64,000 nucleotides of DNA from Neoconidiobolus thromboides FSU 785 (Eukaryota > Fungi > Entomophthoromycota): contig MU626315.1 of assembly GCA_025603075.1 (NCBI GenBank), forward strand, positions 1 through 64,000. Reading direction: 5' to 3'. Positions 45,630 through 57,836 of the stretch are shown here, one piece after another. Every line of letters starts with the position of its first letter. Position 1 is the first letter of the stretch. The notes under the pieces were generated by a model. It was not told where the DNA came from. It did not search any database and worked only from the letters and a program-made list of their open reading frames with translations. Position numbers and translations under genes: made by a program.

Positions 45630-47077
45630 ATGAGCCCAACAACCGATCATCAATCTCAAGAAAGTGCTGTAAAACAACCTACCCCAATTCCATGGAGACA
45701 GGTAAGTGTTATGTTATTAGTTCGGTTTTCTGAACCAATTTCGTTCACCCTATTACTTCCATTTGTATATTCTATGGTCCGAGACTTTCACATTACAAAT
45801 AATGAGAAAGATGTGGCATATTATGCAGGCTTTATAGCCTCTTCATTTGCTATTTGTCAGTTTGTAAGTGGAATTCCATGGGGAGCATTATCGGATAGAA
45901 TTGGGAGAAAGCCAGTTATAGTTATGGGGTTATTGGGCACTAGTATCAATCTGTTTTTATTTGGGTTGAGTAAATCCTTGACTTGGGCTGTTATTACTCG
46001 AGGCTTATGTGGTTTGCTAAATGGTAATATTGGAGTGCTTAAAGCCATGGTCGCTGAAATAACCGATAGTAGTAACCGCGCTTACACGTTTAATTTTTTG
46101 CCGATGATTTATGGATTAGGATCAATTATAGGGCCAATTTTAGGTGGCTATCTATCTGATCCTATACAACAATACCCTGGTTTTTTTACTAACCCTGGTA
46201 TTGTAAAACTCTTAACAGAATACCCTTATTTTCTACCTTGCTTTGTTTCTTCTTCCTTATGTTTAATTAGTTCTATTATCGGACTTTTATTCTTAAAAGA
46301 AACATTACCAAAGAAAGTAAAGAACAAGCAGAATGACGAAACGAGTCCTTTATTAAATAACGAAACAAACGATTCTCCAAGTTCATCTTCTAATATTCCT
46401 ATTCCAAAATCGATATGGCTTACTATTACAGCATATTGTGGAATAGGGTTATTTTCAGTAATGTTAGATGAGATTATACCTTTTTGGGCATCTGAGAACC
46501 CTAATCACGGAGGTTTAAAATTTAATCCAGCCGATATTGGATTTTTAAATTCTTTTGGTGGAGTTATCTTATTATTAGCTCAATTTTTCTTATTCGTGCC
46601 GTTTCAAAGAAGATATGGCTCTCTAACAGCATTGAGAGTTATTTTTTATTTGTATATACCATCTATTTTCTTATATCCTTTAACTCAACCGCTTTTCGGA
46701 ACTAAAGAAAACAGCTCACTTTGGTTTTACCTTTATTTCGTTACAACTTTAAAGACGATTGGCGTAGCTTTTACTTTTGCTGCAGTTAATATACTGGTAA
46801 GTATTATACAGATTCATTAAATACTTATTAATTTTTTCAGATCATGGAAGCATCACCAAAACCTATTCTTGGTAGAGTGAGTGGCATTGCACAATGTTTA
46901 GTGTCTTTAATGCGGTCTCTTGGCCCCTATCTAACTGGAATGCTTTTTAGTTGGTCTTTAAATAATTCGTTTGATTTCATATTACTTAAATTTCCATTTA
47001 CTTGGCTTGTTATAGTATCAATCATGCTATTCACATTAATTGTTAGTTACTGTATTCCACCACCTATGATTAATTAG
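45630..47077 (+). CDS. MFS transporter (ZIFL/YCR023C-like, drug:H+ antiporter-related), 2 exons
   Basis: Exons 45630-46796 and 46841-47077; WGALSDRIGRKPV motif A, GLLNGNIGVLKAMVAEITD, GPILGG. Confidence 0.92.
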
Positions 47078-47630
47078 ATTATTAAATTTCATTTTTATTT
47101 TAGTTCATAAATTTAAATTAAAGAACTTATTTTAAATTAATATTCTTTTTGATTATCAATAATATAAACAGCTAAATATTTAGTATATTACACTTATGGT
47201 AGCTGTTATATTATCATTATTATTAACTTTAGTTGGCATAGTTATCTTAAGCCAAATTTCAAATATTCGTAATAACACTTGTATGATTTGATTAATTTTA
47301 ATATCCAAGTTTTTCAAAAAATAATTTACCTTTAAAAGAATGAATTCATATTTTTGAAGCTTTATTTATTCTTCAAAACTTGATACTTCTGTATAGACTT
47401 TGTAAAAGTATCGAATCTAGCATAACTCTAAAACCTTTATTTATAAATGAAGTGGATTACATGTATATTTTCAGCATGTTTTACAAGAAGAACTATAAGG
47501 CAATCAAAAGCTTAACATTAAAATTTCAATATGCTCTATGTAAAAATTAATTTTTTCGTTTTAAATTTAAGAATTAAAAACATAATTTAATTGGATGAAG
47601 CAAACTTAAGTTAGTAGTTTTTTGTTTCGA

Positions 47631-48092
47631 ATGGTTCGTGTTAAAAGAAGATATTTTTTATTCGAAGTAGCATTAGAAGATGGTGCCCAGGCAGCTAACA
47701 TGAAAGGCGTATCTCTAAACAAGCGCGAAGTGCAATCACAAATTAATCGAAGTATAGCATTTAACTTTGGTTCCATAGGCTCAAGTAAAATAGCTACAGA
47801 CCTTAACTGTAAGCTTTTTAAATATCCATAATTTATTAACCAAATTATAGTACAATATTTCAATCCAGAAACAAAGATTGGGCTACTAAGAACGAACAGA
47901 GAGAATGAAAAGATGGTATGTGCATCTTTGACGTTGCTCAATGAAATCAAAGGGACCAAGTGCTGCTTTACTGTGCTTAAAACTACAGCTACAATCAAAA
48001 AACTTATGCATGCCAGTATTAAGAGAGATAAAAAGTTATTATTATTAATTCATAAGTTCAAGTATCAAGAGTTGATTGAAGAAGAGGAATAA
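47631..48092 (+). CDS. POP5: RNase P/MRP subunit Pop5 (Rpp14/Pop5 family), 139 aa, 2 exons
   Basis: Exons 47631-47808 and 47851-48092; MVRVKRRYFLFEV...FGSIG...LQYFNPETKIGLLRTNRE...ASLTLL...TATIKK. Confidence 0.88.
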
Positions 48093-49193
48093 AAAATACA
48101 TGAGAAAGATCATAGAATAAAGACAATGAAAAGGAGAATTGGCTTATTATTTAAACTACACCTTTTGAGCTTTTATATAAGTAGGTTTATTTCTATATAT
48201 TATACTTTTTAATGTGATTCAAATCCCTATATAATTAAATTGAATAATCATACATTAGCTACTTTTACCTATCAAAGCTAAAAATATTCCAATATGAGGG
48301 GCCATTTGTTCAAGATATAGATAAAATGACCCCTAATTACAAAAAGCTTTCAATAGTAACTATTAAGCAAATATAAGCAGACTTATTCTATTTTATTTAA
48401 AGCATATGGTTAAAAAGTAACAAATAGTTTTGATGCAAATTAAAATATACAATTTGTTAGCTTTAGCTTTTATACTCAGGTAATTGTTTGATAGTAACTT
48501 TGAAGTGAATTAAAGTTTATAATCAAAAGGTATTTTCATTTATAAACTTTAAATGTATAGTACTCTAAACAGCAAGTAATTTCAAAATCTAAACTTAATA
48601 AGCAGATGGTAGTGTATTAATAATTGAATAAATAGATCATTTATTTAAAATAACCAGACAATTTTTGTTACGATTTTTTTAATAGTAACTCAGAATTACT
48701 CGGATCCAAAGCAGGTTAAGTCAAGAGTTCAACTGAAAATAGTCAATTATTATAGTGTAGCTTTTCTAAATAAGGAAGCAACTGTTATTTTTATTATTCT
48801 ATCAAATCTGTAGCTTTAAAACCCGTATTTATATTATTTTTTAGGGATAAGTATTTTTACAACATACTAGAGCTTAAACTGTACACACATTCTATCTAAA
48901 CATTAAACCAGCTAAAAACTATGATATACAATCAAGGATTTAATTTGATTTATTGTTCAGAGATTTGGACCAATCATGTTGGTAAAATATGTTTAAGGAT
49001 AAATTAAGTGTTGGATTGCAATGATGACATCATAATCAAAGGAATCAATCAATCAGTGTAAAAAGACAAACAGACTCTGTGGTTGGACAGAAACAATTAC
49101 CTATTTTTAATCTTCATTATCCTTTTATTGCGTAATTCAAATAGTATTTATTTTTCAAAATGATATATATGACACTAACCTTTTTTGAAAGCC

Positions 49194-49860
49194 ATGAATC
49201 CTAATAAGCCTAACGCCAGAAGGCTAGTCAAAATCGCACCAAATAACATGGTCACTTCAAGTATTAGAAATGGAAGCGAATTTTCTTCAAAGCTGGCCTC
49301 AGAAAGTGACGGTCAGTATCGTCGTATTGCTCCCAATAATATATTTTTACCCCCGATTTATAATATACCAGTCATAGACCAAGTGCGCTGTATTGTAAGA
49401 AACTGTAATAAGTCTTATGACGATAACTCACGTCTATTTACACACTTAAAAGCAAAACATATATTACCAGATAACGGTACCTGTGCCTGTGTGTGTCCAA
49501 AATGTGGCTTAGAAGAAGATCAAGTGCCATTATTATTCTATCAGAATCATTTTAAAATTCATTCAAAAAGACCGCCATCAATACGGAATCGAATGAATAG
49601 GTACTTATAATTCTAAAATCTTAAGTTTAAGCTAACTTTTAATAAGAAAAAGAAAGAGTAAGGAGGAGGTAAAGCCAGATATATTAAGAGAAAAGGATAG
49701 TTTGCCAACCCTAAGCTCAATAATGAAACCAAATGAAGTAGAGGAGGATAATATAGCAGAAGAGACACTAAATAAAGAGTTAAATTCATTGAAAACAAAA
49801 GAAGAAGACGAAGAAGATCCCTTTCAATATATAACAAATATACCTACAGGGGATTTTTAA
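49194..49860 (+). CDS. C2H2 zinc-finger protein (206 aa), 2 coding exons
   Basis: Exons 49194-49600 and 49647-49860 (621 nt); CIVRNCNKSYDDNSRLFTHLKAKH and CPKC...HFKIH fingers; acidic second exon; probable 5'UTR intron 49132-49191. Confidence 0.75.
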
Positions 49861-50900
49861 ATTATGTAGATATAATGAAAAAGTTTGGTACTTTTTATCT
49901 CTTATTAACTGTAATTTTATTTAAGAACATCTCTTTAAAAAAACTATTTCTATTTTGAACCTTAACCTTTTAATAAAATTTTATCAACTATCTATAATTG
50001 ATTGTGCTTGTTTGACAAATTTTTAAAACTTATTGGTTATTTGGAAAAAGGTATATAGGAATCATTCTCAATGCCTTGTCTTTAATTTAGACTTGGAATG
50101 CTTTGCTAATAAATAAAATGTAAATACTTTCAACCATTCTCCTTCATCTTCCAATCTAACTTAATTATTTTTTCCCAGATTAAGGGTTAAAATTGTTTCG
50201 TCATTCATGTAATTTTATGTTTAAAATTCAGTCTTAAAAAGACTATTTTTTAAAATTTGGTAAATTAACTTTTGAGCCAATAATATTTACTAAATTGATT
50301 TGATATAGAACTACTTTTAGGCTTATTATAATCCTTTTGGTTTTATTAAGCTAAGTTGAGATTATACTTGTTAAGCGAAAATATCTGTGCAGTCTTCAAA
50401 ATGTGTCTTTAAATCTATTTGGCTAAATTTTAGTGTACTTAATTTATATTGTACCATTATTAGCACATTGAAACTCTAAAGACTTTTAATTATCACAACT
50501 CTAAATTAATTGTAATATAAAATTTATTAAATTTAAATATTGAGACACACTAATGAATTTTTAATATTTCAAAGTTATAATTTTTCAAGAATAAACTAAT
50601 TTCTTAAACTTTGTGTTAAAAAACATGAAAATAACAATTTATAACTAAAGTATATTTTGAAGTAAACGCCAAAGCTACATATAAAAAATTAGCATCGTTC
50701 CTATCTAAAAAAACATACAACTGGATATTTTATGCTCATTATTATTGGCAATAAAACAAAAAGTTTATTTGCTTGGAACAACATGAACTTAACATACATA
50801 CTATCCTTCAATAATATAGAAAAGTAATGATATTAGGAAACCAAAAGCAGTAGTGCCATAGAAACGTTGACTACCAGTATTTTTCAAGTAAAATCCTACT

Positions 50901-53900
50901 TTAAAATCCCAATTCGTCAAAAAAATTAGGGTCATTAATTTCTTCATTAATAAATTTGGCTATTTCTGGGTCTATCTCATCGTTTGTTTCAGTTGCTGTT
51001 GTATTGTTTTCTACCTTATTCTCAATAGTAGCATTATTGGATTTAGTATGATTGTAAGCATCATTCAAGCCTTTCTCTTCTGCAATACTATCGTGATTAT
51101 AACTATTATTATTCATATCAAGCGCAGTAGCCTTAATAGAATTCTTGATAGATTTAGGAGTAATAGATTCAAACAAATAAGGATCGAGTCGTAGTTGCTT
51201 CATGAAATAATCCATTAAACTTTGAATAAAAGTTTTTAAAGAGCCAAAATAATTTAGCTTTGAAGGAAGGGTACCAACTAACCTCTTATAATTGTCTCTC
51301 TCAATAGAATCCTCTAAGACGTCTATATCAGTACCACTTACCTTGCTCAGTTTATACTCTTTTTCCATCTCATTTATTAGCTCAAGAATCGTGTATAATG
51401 AATGTAAATAAGAGATTCTAAAAAACATTTTATAATCACTGGGATCTAACAAAATATAACTAAACAGAGTAACAATGGGTCGCAACCTTGAGTTGATCCT
51501 CGAATGTGAATAAGTTTGTTTTATGAAAAACCTGACTGGCTGGATACTGTTAGTTATAATCTCTAGTTCGATTATATGGGATTTTATTATACTGTCATTA
51601 CAATAATTCTAAATAGCCAATTAATGTATTATTAGTATTGTTGTTTTATTTACCTTAATATATCTTTGAAATGTAATTACTCGATCATCATACTCTTCTT
51701 CTTCGCTATTTTTTTCACTCTCACTTTCATTACCATTTATTCTCTTATTCTCACTTTGAGTTTCATTATTTTCAAGGTCATAGGACAGTATAAGCTCGTC
51801 AGGATTCAATAGATTCATTTTCTGATTAAAATCATCTTCTAGTTGATCTAATTTACTTTTTTTGTTACCTTGATTTTTTCTACTTCTAATCCTCTTCTTT
51901 TTAGCTGTAATACTTGTCTGAGTCTTGAAAAAAGCCTTAACCATCCTATTCATTACATAAGTGAATTCGATTAAACTACTTGAAATGGAGGGATGAAAAT
52001 AAACATTATATAAGTCATGTACTGGTTTTAATAAAGCATAATCATATATAAAATTATGAATGTGATGTTCTGCCACTTGTACTAGTTTTTCATTTTCATT
52101 TTCATTTTTTATTGGGTCTAATCTACTCATTTCATACATCAAAGCAATCCATGCTTGTAAACCATTTAAACAAAAGTTTAATACCTTGTATTGCTTTGCT
52201 GCTTTAAATTCATTAATGTTGTTAATGAAATAATGGTATAATCCTTCCTTATTGATTAATGAAATGGACTTATTAATTAATTTATATTCTCCTTTAATAA
52301 GATATTGTCGGATTAAATTGATGCAATTAGTTAATAGAATTAGCTGCTTTACTTTATCATCCATGTTGTGATTTATCTTTTTTTGACTTAAATCAAATAA
52401 CATGTTGGCCACATTGGCGCAATACTTATATAAGAAATCTATTAATATTGTTTTACATTCATCCTTTTGAACTTCATAAACAATAATAGAATCTACCTTT
52501 AATAAATACTTTTTATTATGCCCATCTTTTCCGGTGATTGGCAATAACTTTAATACATGCCCTACATTGTGAAATTTAAATGATGCTAATTCTCTTCCAG
52601 TAGGTATCTTATGGATATAATCTTTAGGTTGAGTGAAATAACTCTGAACTTTTCCTCCAAAAATAGTTTTATTATCGTCCTTCTTAATAGTGTTATCGGT
52701 TGTGCTGTTGTTATTATTTTTGAGTAGATTATTCATGTAGTTGTTATCTAAATTAAATACATGCAATTTTTGCTTGGACCCATTTAGTAGTAGATTAGTT
52801 CCACCGAATCTAGAATGCCTTGTGTTTTGTAAATGGAGCTCATTTAATGCTTTAATATTGAATTCTTTAAGTTCCTGTTTAATTTTATCAGCAGTTTTTT
52901 TCTAGAATATAAATTAAATCATTTCTCTAAATAATGAATGAAATAGTGTTACCTCAATTCCACCATTATCAGTAATACTAGATATTAAATGTTGCATATC
53001 TACATATTTGAAAATGGAATAAACAAGATCAGAATAGAGATAAAACAGTGACTGAAACTTTGCGAGATTTAAAAATTTAGAAAAGTAGATTAAATAATCA
53101 AAGATAAGCAATTTTTTCATTGTAATGAAAAGCTCTTCATTGAGCTTAGGGACGCTCAAAAGTGATTTCAGCATGGTGAATGTAATAAATAAAAAGTGTT
53201 CATCTTCTGGGCTTACTTTTTCCTGACGAGTAATTTGATTGACTTTAATCATACTTCTTCGAATGATCCATGGGTTTTTTAGTATCTCTTTCTTATACCT
53301 AATCAAGTGTTCATTGTACTCTTGAATATTTAACTCAAGACTGCTCTTTATTTCTACTTCCTCCTCACTTTCTTCATCTTCGGTTACAAGATCATAACCT
53401 CCATCCAACTCCATCTCTCCTTCGCTAGCTGAACCTCGATCTACATCACTAAAATAGTCCTCTTGCTTGCCACTTTCTTTATTCTCCTTTCTCATCTCCT
53501 GTTCTTCTCTCAAAAAATTGTAGAAGCAATTAACAAAGGGTTTATCTTTAATTGGAGTCAATAAATAAACGATTAACTCATCTAAATTATAAGAACAAAA
53601 TTTAATTTAATAGAAGGTATTCTAATAGTAGCTTACAGCAAACCCTTCCAATGCTATCATTATCAAGACTTGAGTTTAACTCTAATATAGGGATCAAATC
53701 TTTTGTCAATGTATCCCATCGGGCCAAAGAAAACCGAGTTATTTGGTTACTATCACTTTCCTCATTTCTTAACATTCTTTTTAAGTCTTTAAGACACTCT
53801 ACAAAATAAACACACTTAACACTTTATTGGAGAAATTCAAACAGCCATTACCTATACACTCATCTCCCTCGACATAAACCAAATCTCCTTCAATTGCCTG

Positions 53901-54059
53901 ACTATCTTTAGATAGCGCTCTAGGACCATCTTTTAGGTTACATCCCTCCTTATTATCATCTCCTCTATTATCATCGCCAGGGTTTCCTTTTTCCCTCTTT
54001 TGGTATCCACCAAGTGCCGCTACCACACTATGTAGATACTCTTGGTAGCCTTTATTCAT
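50901..54059 (-). CDS. TOF1: Timeless/Tof1/Swi1 replication fork protection factor, multi-exon
   Basis: LHSVVAALGGY...YVEGDECI|ECLKDLKRML, ELIVYLLTP, and the TRHSRFGG signature (about 52800-52825); links ORFs 53799, 52914, 51621 and 50901. Confidence 0.88.
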
Positions 54060-54633
54060 TTTTTTACAAAAATAGTTCACTCATTTTATCAAGGTTTCTT
54101 TTATAATTTGTTTAGTTTAATGTATTGGCTCTAATCTTTTTAGCTTTTGAAAACGCGCATTTGGCTACTACCAATTAAAATGCCTTTACTGCTGTTAGCT
54201 TTTATGAATTGTTACTGGAAATTGTATGGGATTTGAGCCAATGATATTTTAGAGGATAGAAGCAAATCATATTATATAAATGAATTGGTTTTGTTTTCAG
54301 ATGATTGTTGCTAATATCGAAAGCCCATCTTCTAGTTTAATATACTTTTGCAGAAAAATCTGCAGTTTAAAATTGAATGGGGATTAATTTATCACCCCAA
54401 TTAATATTGCAAAATTGTGCTACTTTTCTCATCTTCAATCTTATTGAAGTTTAAAACTGTGACTGTTAATAAACCTTCTAATCAGGTGACTATTATTAAT
54501 AGATGAGCAAATCATTCCTCACTATTCTCAAGTATTTTGGCTAAATAAAAGCACTATAAAAAACAAGAATGACGTACAAAAAGAGAAAAAGGAATCTAAT
54601 ATTTTATTTTATTTTATTTTATTTCTATTTTAA

Positions 54634-55896
54634 ATGAAGCCACAAGTCGTAAATTTATTAAGATTAACCAGAGGTATAAGAAGAGTTGCTTTAAGCCCAA
54701 GAAGTTTACATTCAGCTGCATTTCAACCTAGCTTGAAACTCAGAGAGGAGGGAAAGGATGACAAAAAAGGGAAGGGGATCTTGAGCTCCATTTTACATGG
54801 GTCGCAACAAGGTCCTAGTATCATCGAGCAAGAAAAAAATACGTTTTCTAAAATGTTGGCAAGGGGGAAGTATGTGCATCAGATTGAAAGTAAGTCTGAT
54901 TTTCATATTATTTTTTAATATTAAAATTTGTTAGTGCACCATATAAAGCCTGAGGCTCAAGAAGATTATGCTAAGCTACTGTAGGTATAAAGTTATTTAT
55001 AAAGTTTTAGCTTTACTTAGAATTTATAGTGGAAGCTTTTACCCCAAGCATCTCAAAAATTATGGCAATGAAGGATTAAAACTTTGTGGAAGTTGGCTTT
55101 CAGAAATTGGAGAGTTGGATAAAGCAGGTAACACCTTTTTATCATCAATTTGGAAATTATTAACAGCTCGAAAAAGTTCATATCTGGGAATACGATGGAT
55201 ACGCTGCATATGATAAGATCAATGCTAAACTTGCAGAGGACTCTGTAAGATTCTGTTTATGTAAATATTTTTTTAAATTTAGCTATTTAGAATTATCAAA
55301 GTTATCAAAAAGAATTGCGTCCAATGTTGAATAAGAGGGAAAATCAATTTTGTTTGGAGTTTGCCTTTTGGGCTACTTCAGCACCAAAATTTCATGGAGG
55401 AATTTATGAGCTTAGATCCTATCTTTTGAAAGTATTATTATTCAATTTTCTTTTAACTGAGTTAAACTTATATTTATAATAGCCTGGTCGCCTTTTAGAA
55501 TGGGAGCAAAATTGGTAAGCAAATCAGTTAATATATGTAGGGCAACTTATTTTATTTAGGAAAGTCGGGCTAGAATGTCGTCGTCAATTTACCGAACCGG
55601 TTGGGGCTTGGTTCTCTCAATTAGGGGATTTGAATTATGTTCATCATATGTGGGTTTATCCGTAAATTTTTTCAGTTTCATTTCTTTTTGATATTAACTT
55701 ATTTAGTAATTTACAACAACGTAAAGCCACACGTGAAGAAGCATGGAAAGTGGATGGGTGGTCTGAGACGGTGTATAATACAGGTAGATTTATTATAAAT
55801 GTGTAGAATTTGTGCTTATTTTTATTTTTAGTTCGTTTAATTGAACGTATGCAATCCACTATCCTAGTTCCCATGGATCATTCCCCTCTCAAATAG
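54634..55896 (+). CDS. NIPSNAP: NIPSNAP family mitochondrial protein, multi-exon
   Basis: Basic presequence; SKMLARGKYVHQIE, KLCGSWLSEIGELD, HIWEYDG, IYELRSYLL, GAWFSQLGDLNYVHHMW, ends PMDHSPLK. Confidence 0.92.
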
Positions 55897-56366
55897 TGGG
55901 TCATTACCAGCTAATTTCTTCGGCTCTATCAGTTTTGAGTGGAGATAGATAAAATAATAAACTTTTATTCTTTTTTAGTTTATGAAATATAAGCCTTTCT
56001 TTTAAATTTATTGTTATTGTTATTGTATGTTTTCGCTATTTGAATAAATTGAATTTTATTAATATGGTTTGATTTATAGTTTAAACTTATTTTTATCATT
56101 TGACATTATAAATACAATCATCATCTACAAGTCAAGTAGATATACTTTAGCTCAATTTTAATCAAATTTTAATAGATAATAATAATGATATTCCGCAAAA
56201 TAAATCCTAAATACATTACATTTGTGTTTAATCAGAAATATCACCTAATAACTATATCAATAAAAGTAATGATTAAAAACACACTAATTAAGCTTTATTA
56301 AGCAATAAATAAAACGCAATCTATATATAAAACCCAAAATTTCAACTTAGCATCTCTATTAAAAGT

Positions 56367-57287
56367 CTACTTCTTTTTAAGAAGCAAATTAATTGTCTGC
56401 ATATCAACCTCAGCCCCTTTGCTAATTAGATGTTCGGCTAAAGGGAGGTGCCCATGCTTAATAGCTAATCTAACAGCTATGGGCACCAGTTTTGCGTTAT
56501 ATCTGATTAAAATATCAGCTAGTCCTTTATCACCAGACTGACAAGCAATGCGTATGGGTAGCGACTCTTTATAATCAGGATCTACCCCATTATCTAACAA
56601 GAGTTCTACTAAAGTATAGTTGGCCTTTTTACAAGCCATAACAAGCCCAAATGGGCCATTTTTTTGAAGAGAAAGATTACGAAATAGTAGATTTTGTAGT
56701 AAAGCCATTTTACTTTCGATGTTAAAATCAAGCTGGAAGATATGCTTTGGAATTGATAGCTCAGTATAATTGATGACATGGGTCTCCTGAATATTCAATA
56801 TTCTCTTTTTTGTCGCATTTTGCTCAAAGTTAGAACTAGTTTGCTCACGGCTTCGTTTATTATTGGCAGTCAAGATCGAATCATCCTTTGTATCACTTTT
56901 TTTATTTTTGTTTGCCTCTCCTTTTTCAAAGTCGGTCAGTTTTGAGTTCTCTAAAGTTTTGGCCTTTCCATCCTTATTTTTCTCAGTCAATCTGCTCATT
57001 AATATCTCAACTGAAATCTTGGGTTCATTACCCTGGATTAGCCTTTTTTCCAGTATTTCCAAAACTTTAGTGTTAAAAAAGGGCCATCTAATCCCTTTTT
57101 CGATAGCTGTTGAAACACAATTGTTGTACCTATTTAGCAGCCACTCACAACGCGTAGTTGGGTTCAATGAGAGCAACATGAATATTCTACTAACTTGGGG
57201 AAAGCTTGGATTGTTACTTTCTACAAAAACGCGCTCTAATAATTCGGTTGGAAGTTCGTTCAATGATCTTTCGGGTGAGTCTTTCAT
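56367..57287 (-). CDS. Ankyrin-repeat protein with F-box-like N-terminus (306 aa)
   Basis: LNELPTELLERVF..NPSFPQVSR at the N-terminus; three C-terminal ankyrin-like repeats (LVMAC..LVELLLDNGVD, IRIAC..LADILIRYNA, VRLAIKHGHLPLAEHLISKGA). Confidence 0.8.
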   Translation of the reverse strand: MKDSPERSLNELPTELLERVFVESNNPSFPQVSRIFMLLSLNPTTRCEWLLNRYNNCVSTAIEKGIRWPFFNTKVLEILEKRLIQGNEPKISVEILMSRLTEKNKDGKAKTLENSKLTDFEKGEANKNKKSDTKDDSILTANNKRSREQTSSNFEQNATKKRILNIQETHVINYTELSIPKHIFQLDFNIESKMALLQNLLFRNLSLQKNGPFGLVMACKKANYTLVELLLDNGVDPDYKESLPIRIACQSGDKGLADILIRYNAKLVPIAVRLAIKHGHLPLAEHLISKGAEVDMQTINLLLKKK

Positions 57288-57836
57288 TATTACTAATCAG
57301 AATAAGCAAGGTTAAACTTGTAATTTACGTGATATAATTTGTAGCAACAAATTTTATCAAATTAAGTATTTATGGGACCTGTTTTAAAAATCAAAGAAAT
57401 TATACTGATTTTAAATTACTCTTAAATAAAATCGAAAACGAAACTTAGTAATTTTGTTAGTAAAGCGGCATTTGATATTAAAATACTTACCCAGAGCTTT
57501 CAATATTCAATTTTTTTATGACTATTAATAATGCCATCATCACATAAGCTCATCTCACATTAAATTGAAACTATTTAGGGCATTGCCTAATTAGGGAAAC
57601 GCAAACTTTAGATACCGAAAGTTGGATGGGTCACTTTTTGCTTGGTGAGTTGAAAGTCAACAAACTTTTTTATAAAAATTTTAAAGGATTCTAGTACTAA
57701 TTAACAAACTAGGATTTTTATCTTATCATTAGAGCTTCAAGAATAATAAACAAAGAGATTGTTCAGTTTCAATAAACATCTTTTAAATCTTATTAATTTA
57801 ACTTAAGTTTTATTTTGTTACCTTTGAAAAAAATAA

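Noticed and set aside
54340-54450. Several small hairpins between TOF1 and NIPSNAP
   Set aside because: Stems of 5-7 bp are expected in AT-rich DNA; no snoRNA boxes
57482-57495. U1 snRNA-like 5' end ATACTTACC
   Set aside because: Continues CAG rather than TGG with no U1 stem-loops; more likely a reverse-strand splice donor
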